NCBI GenBank assembly: GCA_030141605.1
Contig: JAQGDQ010000135.1
Span: 466,620 to 530,619 of the forward strand
DNA length: 64,000 bases
Origin: Tubiluchus corallicola
Lineage: Eukaryota > Animalia > Priapulida
Direction of reading: 5' to 3'
Shown: positions 39,956-51,900 of the stretch, in pieces
Layout of the letters: each line of letters starts with the position of its first letter
Numbering within the stretch: the stretch's first letter is position 1
The notes under the pieces: generated by a model
Databases searched by the model: none
What the model saw: only the letters and a program-made list of their open reading frames with translations
Told to the model about the DNA's origin: nothing
Translations under genes and position numbers: made by a program

Positions 39956-42900
39956 TCTGTTAGGCAACTAATAATGAAACTGTTTTGGTGGATATTACAC
40001 TCTAATGTTGATTTTTAAAAATGATGTATAGAAGTAAACTATTATCTTTTACCATTTTATCTTCCTTATATTCAACAATATAGTAAACAATGGGCACAGT
40101 TTTATCATTTGGTTCTTTCCACACAATTTTAACACCAGAAGTGCCGTCTGGAGCCGTTGCCACTGTTGCCGTGACGTCAAGTGGTCGACCCGGCTGTGGA
40201 CCTGAAAGACGTTTGCAAGAAATGTGTGATAATTATAGTAACCTGTGCTTAGAGAGAAATGTTTGATGATTATGGTAGTCAAATAGGAAAGTTTATGGCA
40301 TTATTAATGTCGCTTCTGTGTTATAATAAATAACAAAACACGATAAATAAAGATTAAAATTTTGGCTTTTCGAAAAAATCAGACTACTGTTAGGAAAATA
40401 GCATCAAGGAGGCTACATTTTTCCAGAGAATGTGTTACGACAATACCAAACATGAATCATTGGTCTTTGCTGGTGTGCTGACTTGATACACATTTGTGTA
40501 AACTTAATTTATCCCACACAGGACAAGGTGAATAGCCGAGTAGTTATGTCAAGTAATCAAAGCTAAGGCAAGGACACTAAGCAACGCTAAGGCTGGCTAG
40601 TGAATAGACGGGAAAATCGGTGGCCACTTTTATTACTTGCTCTAGGTATCTGCGAGAGGGTTTTCCAAACTCAAGACAAGATGAAGTGAGCTGAGAAGTA
40701 TTTCTCACAAAAATTGAGTCGAGACGAAAAATCATCAGAAAAATGAAACTATAGTGCCAAAGTAATTAAATTTCAATTAAAACACAATTTTTTATTCACG
40801 TAAACAAAGGTGTCCGTCCTATGTACTCAAAATGGCACAAAATATTTATCAAAATCAGCAACAAAAACAGAATAAGTAATTAAACTGTGTTAGTACGGCA
40901 ATTTAGGATGATATTCAGTTAGGTAAATAAAGAAAAACTTTTGAAAACCAAGAACTTTTGCTATTGTGTGTCATTTCTCAACCAATATATTCTTGCCTAT
41001 TGAGACTAGATGAAATCGAGTACTCACAGGCTCCAAAGTCACTCTCAATAGTTTCAGTCACCATGATGATTCTGTCACTTTACCTCAGAAAAGAAGGATA
41101 TACGTATAATTGATAGTATTGCATATCTCTACCTGTTAAGTGGGTCATCTTAGAGAAGCTTAGCCTTTGGTGCTTAGTACTTACAATAAACATGCAACTA
41201 TCGGAAACTTGATTTTTAATTTTTAATTTCATTTTAATTTTACCTGCTGGCTCAAGGATCGGTGGAATAAAAGTCGAGCCATGGGCATCAGTTGGCAACT
41301 CAGTTCCTAGACTTTCATAACCTAAAACAGAATCATGCCCATTTTAAATTTTATTTTGCACGTCGGTTTGCAAGTAAACTGCTACAGTTTTTTTTAGAAA
41401 AACTTCAAGGGAAAATTAAGAACACATTCAAGGTAAAGTTCACTCTACAGCTTTAAAACAACTAAACTGCATATTTTCTTGATTGCAAAATGGTTTAATC
41501 AGCAACTCATAAACGTAAGCGCTGCGCATTTCTTCTTATAAACAGAACTAGACTATAGATTTCACCTGATTCACTTACAATTTCAATTGACAACAAAATC
41601 TAGAACCAGGCCAATATTTCTCCCGCAAACTAATGAAAAGTTGAGCATTTTCCACAACACTATTAGATGCAGCTGTAGCTAAATGTCCCCTGCTGCAGGG
41701 GTGTGTGAAATAACTTGCCTGCTGATTGGGCAATCAATGAAAATGATTGACATTATGTTAGATGTCAATTGTTACAGTGAATTAATTACTGCTTACTTTT
41801 ACTTCTCGACACGACAACAGGTGAGAACATTCCGAATCCAAGCTCATTGTTAGCTCTGATCGTATACTCATAATCAGTGTTTGGCAGTAGATTGTAAACT
41901 GTGAAAGATGTGGCATTGTGTGGCTTCACTTGTATGGTCTTCCAGTCCTTGTCTTCACTGTATGTTGGCTTGTACCTGCAAAATGCGTTTTTTTTAAATT
42001 ATTCTGCATGCTGAAACAGCCATCACCATGCAAAGTGTCCTCTTCTTTTCTCTACCTGTATCTTTTAAATAATGGCAGCAACACCACATAAACAAATGCT
42101 GCAGCGTGATAGTTCAGTGCCATCTATCACAAGTTTTAATAATTAATTAGTAATTAGAGTATTAGGAACTTTTTGAATCAACTTACATAAAACCACTGTA
42201 CTGTCATGGAATAAGGAATTGTTATACAGCAAGCGTAAGGGCATTGAACAACATCCTTTTTCAATTTCCAATTGGTAAGACTCCATCACTAGTTTCTAAA
42301 CACTACCACATTACTAGGGATACTAAGTTATTGAACTATGATGATCTTATTATTGTTGTTACACTTAAAACTTATACCTACACTTACATTCTTAAAAAGC
42401 CTAAATCAAAGGAAACAATACTAAAAAGAAGTAGAATGACCACCATCCCCTAACGGAGTGTAAAGAAAGGTGGTTTTGGCATCTAAGGAATCTCAGCTCA
42501 CACAGAAGACAAGCAGATGACCCATCACTTGGACAATCATTCTTCCGCTAGCAGACAAACGAAGCCAGGGATGTGCAAATTGCGGCCCGCCGAGAAAATT
42601 AGCGTGGCCCGCAAGGAGATTTTGTCAACCTAATGAAAGTGCGGCCCAGGCGATTAATTGAGTGTATCCAGCTGAAGTCCGTACCACGATCCCAAAGATA
42701 GTGTGGGTAGTTTTTTTCTACTAGATCGGATGCCATTAACCCTTACAAGACGGTTGTAACTAAATATCACTGTACTATACAGACTGTGTGATACACATTA
42801 CTAATATGCATTGTAATGAAATTACCACTATCTGTCCTGAAAGTAGAAATATATAGTTTGTAATATAAATTTTAATAACTTCTAAAATACTTTCTTGAGT

Positions 42901-45900
42901 GTAGTAGTAATGATGTAAGCAGGTCGGATGCAAAAATAACGTTATTAGGCCTTTCTGCACTTGGGTCCTTGATCAAACTGCCTGTGGCCCGCAGGAATTG
43001 CGGGAAAGTTTAATGTGGCCTGGCTAGTCAGATAATTTGCACACCCCTGAACTAAGCACTTTAGTTAGTAGGAAGGAGACTACAAAGTTCTGCTCGAGTA
43101 TCAAATGGCTTGATAGACCAAGACACAAGTAGGATTCGAACACAGAATCTCTAGATCGACAGCCAAGTGCCTTAACCACTCAGTCACTCTGTGCTTTCTT
43201 AGCTGGGACTTTTCCAAAAATCAATAATTTCCTTAGGAGAAGAAAAAAACAGTACTAGCACTTTTATCATTCACTTCACAGTTGTCTAAATATCAATGGT
43301 CTGAAGCTTGATCAGATTCACTGCTGCAAGAAAAATCCGGAACATTAAAAGCACCTTATATAGTAATAAACACAATTGCATTTGGTAGAAGTATAAACTT
43401 TGTGTTTGAAATAGTCTTTTGGGCGAGTGTGTGGTGTTCACTGCATCACATCACTGGCTCTGAATGTTTTTGGTAAGCTGAAGAAAGTGGCATCAGCTAT
43501 AGAGTATAGACTCAAATTTTAAACAGTCTTATAAAAGAGCATGTACGAAGTAAATGTACCACAATTCGTAGGTCTGCAAATGTCGTCCACGTAGTCCATC
43601 AAAGGCCGGATCCCACAACACAGTGGCAGAGAAAACAGCAGAGGCAACTCTAACATTTGTGGGAGCATGTGGTGTAGTTTCTGCAAAAACAAAACTAACT
43701 TTAATATAAGATAGCTTAGTAAATGCGCATTGCAAATGTAAAGAACAGCCTATTTAAATAATGGCAGACAACGAAGACGACCACAACATGATTGCATTAT
43801 CACCGCAAAAAATGTGTAAAAAATTCATAGACAAATGTTCTTAATTTTCTACCAAACTTTTCTTTTTGTAATGATTAACGTAAAAGATTAACTACTTTTA
43901 ATAATTTTTCAATGTTTGTCCTAGACATATATCACAAAGAAGAGGAAAGTATCTTAGCAGAAACAAAAGGATAATTAGATAAACAGAAACAATAATATGG
44001 CTATAGGCCTACTACTAATATTGTGTTCATCAGTCACAATAAACTAAAATAATGAAAGAATAAAAATGTCCAGTTCTGGAGACATCTCTATATCTAGTAG
44101 GGTGTTCTAAGATGGATGTATAAAAAAGTTCTGTCAAGAATGTCAGCATAATTTGGCCTATTAATTACATAAAAGTCGGTTTCATGGTCGCAATAAGTTT
44201 AACTAGCAATTATGAGCATTTAACTATCACTAATTTCCACTAGATAGTGACATTTATACAAAAAGGTTTACCTTAAGAATCTACTTTGTTCTTGTTAGAA
44301 AAACCACCAGAGAAACTGCTATAATTATTATGGTAATTAAGTAAGCCTTTCTTCCTGCTTTCCTGGTATTATCAGTAGTAAAAAGTGAGCATAAAGAAGT
44401 GTGACGTAAATGTTATCAACTGTGGACATGCACATAATGTACTTTGCACTGTCGTCACAAAACACTTGAGCACTTAAAATAAACGTAACGAAGAATACAA
44501 GCTAGTATACTTTATACTTTATGCTCTAGACATATAAGTTTAGTGTGGAGTGTAACAACTCACTTACTTGCCGTATTAGTTTATTATGCACTGTGAAGTG
44601 TAACTGCTAGTGTGTTTGCCTAATGATGTTTTTCGTATATAAGAGCATCAGAAAAACTTTAAATAGCATATAAGAGTAAACAGTTTATTTGTACTTTTAT
44701 ATATGATTATCTCTGGTTTGTTTGAACAACATACAAAGATGTATATTTTTCTGCTATGTCAGACTTATGGACATCACTTTACGTGAACTCATTGTCTTTT
44801 TGCAACCTACGACATTTCATACTCTGAACAATAACACCAAAAAGGTATTATAAGAGACACATGTCAGATTATGACGAGTGTGCATACACGGGCTGTTATT
44901 CAGTCCTAGCATGTTGTTTGTGCGTTGGTATATTCGTCATTACCCCAGCTATTACATCATTAGCACTTGGCATAAAATTCAATGAAAGCGATTTCAGACC
45001 AGCAATTCCGATGATAGTACTGGGGTCAATGTTCACAGGATTTGGATTGCTAGCGCTTCTGCTTCCATTTTGTTATATTCAAGAAATAAAGGAGGAATAT
45101 CACCTCTGTCCAAGGTAAATGGTTTAACATGATGATGTTTTGAACACTTGTCAAAATGTTGTCAAGACATGATGTTTAATTTACAAATGATTTCATCCAA
45201 AGATTAAATGAACTACATGTAGATTTAAACGAATTAACTTGGTCTCAATCAGATTTGGATGTTGCTTAGCATAGGTGAGCATGTAAATACAAAACGGTTG
45301 GCTCTGAAACCCTTTAGGTTATTATTCATTATTCATACCATTAACATTATTCATGGTAACCCAATACTGAATTTTGTCTTCACTACTACAGGAGCTTTAG
45401 AGGAGGTAGATTGGAAAAGAGAAAAGTAACCAAATATTTAATGCGCAGCTAGAGCTCAGATCCCACTTGCTGTGAAAGAGTTGTTGGAATCAAGTCGGTT
45501 GTCTTGGAGATATAGCATGGAAATACAGACGACTGAGAATAGGAGTTGACCAAGGGTGTTCAGGATCAAGATCGTCACGAAACCGTCCTGAACCTCGGAC
45601 TACCTAGGGTTTAACTGAGCTGAGTGAGCCATCAAAACAGTGTGGTTTCTTATCTGGAAGTGTTTTAGTAAATTACTAATTTAATAAGCAATATTTGGTA
45701 GATAGAGCTAAGAATCTCCATGCCTCTCCAAAAACATTCGTCAATCAAATGTTTCTTTATCTAGGATAGAAGTAAACACATCTCGGAAGAAGTTTGCAGA
45801 AGGAGTGGGCTGTTGCTTCGCCTCAGCTGTCTTTTTTATTGGAGGGATTGCTTACTTCATAGTCTGCATCCAAAATCAAGACGGAGCAATCTCTGCCATT

Positions 45901-48900
45901 GCTGCCGTGCTCCTTGTGCTTCTGGGAATTCTTACCACAATGTTTGCTTGCCCTTTACTTAGGGATGCTACAGAAGTGCAATTTTTAAGAAGGTAAGGAA
46001 AGCAAACAATGTTTCTGACACTGAGAATGACTTTCGTTTGTTTATAAGGTGTTTGAAAGGCGTTTTTGTTTATATAATTACAGTATGTTAACTTACACAA
46101 AACAACCTACAGACTGCTCCAAGCTTTTAGTTTAATAATTGTAACAATTCTAGTTTGTGACGCTCATAGGCTTCTATTAATATTCATGGATTCCTGACAG
46201 AGAGCTGAATATAAGCAGAGGCAATGCAGCTATTAAGCAGCCATAAACAATTTCCTTCAAAAAAGTAGGATTTTATTTAACAACGAACAGCCTGATGACG
46301 CTACGACAAGGGCAAGTCACAGATTTAGATGCACTAAGCCAAAGTTAAGTGTCTGGCTGCTCAACGTATATAATTCAAATTGCATTTGCGATATATTCAA
46401 CACCTTCGCATTTTCGATTTTGAATTCAATTTCAATTTCAATTGTTATTTTAAGCATTATGCAGTTCAGAGATACGGGGTCAAATACTGGAAGTCAGACA
46501 AATTCAAGCATACTGCATACAATATGATATTAAAAAGCTGCTGACTCAAGAAACACAGAACTACGCAGGTTTCATGCAGGTGTGAATATCTCTATCAATT
46601 ATTTATTGCAATCAAATTTGATTGAACGGAATACGTACTACCACTGATGCTATCAGCTTCTGTTTCTATCATTGCAATTCTACCTAGATTAAAGCTTCTA
46701 AGTACTGAAACCAATCAAATTCCTTTAAAGAAAATTACACACATTTGTTATTTCCTTGCAGGGAAAGATATCCATTGACACGAAGAACACAAGAAAGGCA
46801 ACCACAGTCACAAAATGTGTCAGATAATCCAGCATTTAACGGTGATACACCTGAACTGTCAACGCCGAGTACAGAACCCCCGTCGGGATTCCAAGCATTT
46901 CCCAGGCCAACTAGGCCTACAGCACCTGGGGCATTAAGCCAAGAAAGGTCTCAAGACTCCAGACAACCGTCTGCGCCACCGTCACGTGACCATCACATAG
47001 ATATGTTACCTACGTATGCTGATCTGCAGCATCCTGATGAGGAACTACCAAGTTATGAAGAAGCAATCAAGCTTTAATTTTGGTGTAACACTGTAACCGT
47101 GTGATGATTCATCATAGGTGGTACATGCATTATTGAAAACTGACATGACCTGGTCCACCAGAACTAGTGTTTTTGATGTCTCGCAAAAAATAAAAGTAGA
47201 GAATGATCATTTCAGGAGAAATCTAGAATAGTTGAACTTGTATAAAATAAACCTCAATTTTCCTATCACGTTAGTGAAATATAGTGTCTTCTGGTCTTTT
47301 AACTTTTCAACTGAACATTTTTAGCTAAATTCAAGCAACGTCATTCATAAAAATAGTATGCACCTGTTTTTAATGCCTGCTCAAGAGAATCTTTGTGAAC
47401 TGTAAATGCAAATGTGTATCAGTACTTTTGTAAATAAGCAATATGAGTGCACTGTATTAACCCGTTCATACCCGTTGTATCCCGTGGGATACGAGAATAT
47501 TTTCTGCCTTTAAAATTAATAAAATTTTAAAACTGACAGTTGTTTGATCTGTTAATAGTTTTTTGATTTAAGCCAATAACATTAGACTAAAAATGGTGAT
47601 AAAATGGCAAAGTAGAAAATCTACATAGCATAAAAAACTGCGCAAGGTACAGTACTTTAGAGACGACTTTGTACATATCAGCATACCATGCACACTAAAT
47701 GTCTTAAATACTTTAAAAAAATTATCAGCAGTTGCAAAATGAAGCACATTTTATGCTTCAATTGAATCCCAATGTATCTTGTGGGATACAGGCTATATTT
47801 AGCACACGGGTAAAGGTAGAAAAAAGAAAATTATTATGTGTAAACAAGATGGACATACTGAACAAAAGTACAAAGCCAAAAAAAATTTCTTATTAAAAAA
47901 TAATTTGGGCATGAAAGGGTTAATGTTGCCTGGTAAACAGTGTTGGTAAACGATGCAACTGCAGGAAAACAAATGCTACTGTAGCATTTGTCTTGTGCAG
48001 TTTAAAAGAAAATTCGACTCAGACAAAAGCAGAAACCACAGAAAATGTAAACGATGGGTAAACAAATATTTTTGCTCCCTCGGGTGCCCTAAAATATTTT
48101 AGACTTTCATTCTTCAGCCAAATTCTGTTGCATGATAATAAGAGGGGAGAGAAGAATAGAAACAATAATAAATATTTATTTTACATAATTTAAGAGTGAA
48201 CAAGTGTTGGTAGAGGGAAAAGTTGTGAGAGGGAAAAATAGCAAGGAGAGGATGCTAAACAGGAATAAAAAAGAAAAAATGGACTGAGAAAAAGACAGGG
48301 AGAGTGCATGAGAGAGAGAACACAAGATCAAAAAGACGAAGAGAGTTAGAAATGAAAAGGCGATGTAATTATGTAATTTATGAAATGAACTTTGAACAAA
48401 AACAGAGCAGCTAACATTTTATACCTGTACTGTGTGGTCGAGATAAGACAGGTGCATTATTTTACCTTTGACATTAAATAAAGAGAAATATCAGCATCAT
48501 TACATCAAGGGAAATGGAAAAATGGCAAATTTACGGTTACATGTGGGAGACAGGTTAACATCTGGTTTTTTTGTTCTTTTTTTAAATTATTATTTGGATG
48601 CGCTTACAGTGGTGCAAGCACATAACAAGTGATACTGCTCATAGAACACTTTAGCAACTTGCCATATAATGTAGTTTTTGCATTTTTGGGTTTCGCATAA
48701 TTACTTTTTTTCTTGTGTTTAGTCAATTTTTTTGGATTTATTTAAACCAATCACAACTTTCTGTTAATAAAACTGACATGTTTTAGCCTGGAACAGATCA
48801 GTATGCGTGTGTGTGTGTGTCTGTGAGTGAGTGAGAGAGAGAGAGAGAGAGAGAAGGCCCGAAAGGAGCCAGAGAAAAAGTAGAAAAACCTAAGAAAAAG

Positions 48901-51900
48901 AAACAAGAGCATAGACGTACGGGGTCCCTAAATTTTTGGGGGAGCAGAGGATTCTTTACCCGAATTGTTAGAATTTTACCAGATTTTTTAGGCCCCCGTT
49001 TCAACAAATACAACCATACTAAGTTCCAGATAGTGAATACAAGAAGGCGTCATTTCTGATGACATAAGACTGAACTCATGAAGCTGATCAACATTATTTA
49101 GTAGCCATATTGAAATGTGATGCACAAGACATGACATGACCTATATGGCCAGATATCTTGATAAGCTGTGCTTGTTTGATTATGCACAAGCACCTGGATC
49201 ATTAACTTTCTAAGATTGTCATTGATCATGGTATAAACAGTGTCCTAAGAACCAGAAGTGCAGCAATAACTTCCAGAACAGAAGAGTTTACTTCCAGTGA
49301 ACATTCAATGACTGAGATGACAGAGCAATGGACCAGTAAAGAGGAATTATCCATATTTCATGACTGATATACGAATCGGTTACATGATCTGTCAAATCAG
49401 CAATCACCACACAAGATGCAAGAATTAAGAATGCAGCTATGCACAGACAATTGCCACTTTTTCACGTCGGTCAGATTAACTCAGAAAAAAAATTTATCAA
49501 AGGACCAGAAATCTTAAAGCACAAAGTCGGGATTTTGTAAATAATATGAAATAATGGGGAATTTGTATTTGATAATCAATGCGCTCGTACCGAAGACAGG
49601 AAGCGATAAGAGTTTTGTAAACAATCGGAAACCAGCAGAGAACCCAACGACTAGTATATTTTCAATTTTGCGAATGCTAATTGTTTCCAGACCACTCTCA
49701 CTGCCGGCCGGCACCAGGAGTCAGTGTGGACCATGCCTCCTGTGAGATCAAGATTCGGGCATCCAGGTGCATGGCATAAATGTTACTCTCTCAAGATTTG
49801 GGCCATATTTGAATCCCAGGAAAAAATAAGGTGATGACGATTGAAATCTGAAAAAATATCAATTTCGAAGTTAAAAAACTATTTTCTGAAAATATAAAGG
49901 ACAGCTCTGCCCGGATTTTGGCATCAATATTGCCCGAATTTTTTGAAACCCGAACATGGGGTGGGGGCAGTCTGCCCTCCCCCTGCCCCGTATGCCAATG
50001 AACAAGAAAGAGAGGAAAAAACAGGGCATGAAAAAGTGCATAACACAGACAGGGAGAGAAAAAGACAGTGCATGAGAAAGTGAGAGTAAGAATGAGCAAG
50101 AGATAGTGTGAGTGACAGAGAAGGAAAAAGGAGTTAGAATTAGTAAGACAACATAATTCATGGAGTGAACTTTGAACAAAAATAGAGCAGCTAGCACTTC
50201 GCTCTTTTACGATGTATGCTCTAGATAAGACAGAAACATTATTTTACCTTTGGCATTAAATAAAGTGGAAAATGAATTAGTGTCATCACGTCAGTACAAA
50301 TAGCAAATTGTCAAATTCATGGCTGCATGTGAGAGACAAGTTCAATTTTTGAATCACATAGAAAAGAATACTTTTTTACCTTGTTACTACATGACACACA
50401 AAGAGAGAATTTTGCTTGTAGCTGATTTTCAAGTTTAGAAATGGATAAAGCGAATTAACCTATGACTGAGAAGAAGTATGCCATTTTACAGTAAGAAAAG
50501 TTTTATATGTTAGAGTTGCTTAATGATAAAATGCTTCTTACATTTATAAATAGTTCATTATGTGTAAGTACCCAAGTTTGATTGTAATCAAGAACACTTG
50601 ACCCACCAAGTCTCCAGAAACATAAAGAAAAGCAGTGTAAATGTACATTGTATACATTTTTGTAAATTTACATTAAGCCCAAATATTTTATTTGCTTATC
50701 AGTGCTGGCGTAGTTCCTTTACTAACCTGCTAAAAGAACTTGTCACAGTTACAGTAACAATTCTAAAAATGAAGCTGCCAAAAAAATAACTAACTGCAGC
50801 TATTTACAACGCACTCTTAATAAATATTAGGTTTGGTTTTGTGTCACTAATTTCAAGACATATGTAACAGTGAATGTAACTGTTATTTCTGTCATAACTT
50901 ATACCAAAAAAAGAACTGGTTACAGTTATTTCGAAAAATTTGTAACTTGTTGCAGTTACTTGTTGCTCCCATCATTGGTCATTTACAGAAATTTGATTTG
51001 TTCATCACATAACAAAAAGTACAAGGTTGCACATTGTAAAACAAACTAATTACAGATTGCAAAACATCCTGGTTTTTTTGTTCTTTTTTTTACATTATTA
51101 TTTGGATGCGCTTACAGTGGTGCAAGCACCTAACAGATTTTTTGCTTCAGGTCTTACTATCAGTGACATATGCTATCACTCCTTCATTTGTTAAAGATGT
51201 TTTAAATGATTTAATCAGAAGTGACTTTTCCTTTTTAGGCAATCTGCAATATAATGATATTCTACAATATTTATGTTGTGAATAATTTGTGATTCTGTAA
51301 TTTAAAACCGAACTCAGTATCGCATAAGTATGTTAGTTAATAGCACATTTTGTTTGTGTAAAGATATGAGTTTTTTAACTACTAACCGACATTGTTTATT
51401 TTATTTATTTATTTACGCAACTAACTCAATGAATGTATTGTATTTACAATAATCCAAAATGAATCACATATATATATATATTGCATATTGTAATATATTG
51501 CAATTGCATATATATTGGCAATCATATCATAATCATTAATATTAACTGTATGTTCTTTTTCGTAGTTTCCACAGATTGTATAACTGTATTTCCAATTAAA
51601 TAAATTACTACTAAAAATGAATTTCAACACTAATTGAAGGTAATCTTATTGTAGGTGACTAAAACAATGCCTACTCGCAGACGCAGACACGCACAGGAAG
51701 AAGTGTCCGACGAATGTAATGGAATAGGACTGTTATGTTTTGGTTCAGCATGTTTCATAGCAGGAATTGTGATAATCGGAATTTCAGTGAAGAGAGGATG
51801 GGGAGTGGGTGGAGGTTTGGGAGGAGCAGCTTTGATCGTTTTGGCTCTTCTCAACTGTTTTTGTGGTTGGTGTTTCATTTACCAAGCTACGGGGTGCAAC

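Noticed and set aside
43080-43195. Functional tRNA gene
   Set aside because: A and B boxes are present but I could not fold a clean cloverleaf or acceptor stem, and the sequence continues into a SINE-like body.
46291-46320. Second hammerhead (CTGATGA)
   Set aside because: No stem II closed by GAAA follows.
49680-49785. 5S rRNA-like sequence on the minus strand (GCCAT..GCCCGA..TGATCTC)
   Set aside because: Only short scattered matches; the internal C-box region and 3' half do not match.
48798-50197. Hydrophobic or low-complexity ORFs (48798-49013, 49791-50099, 49871-50197)
   Set aside because: They arise from GA/CT-rich repeats and microsatellites and show no coding signature.
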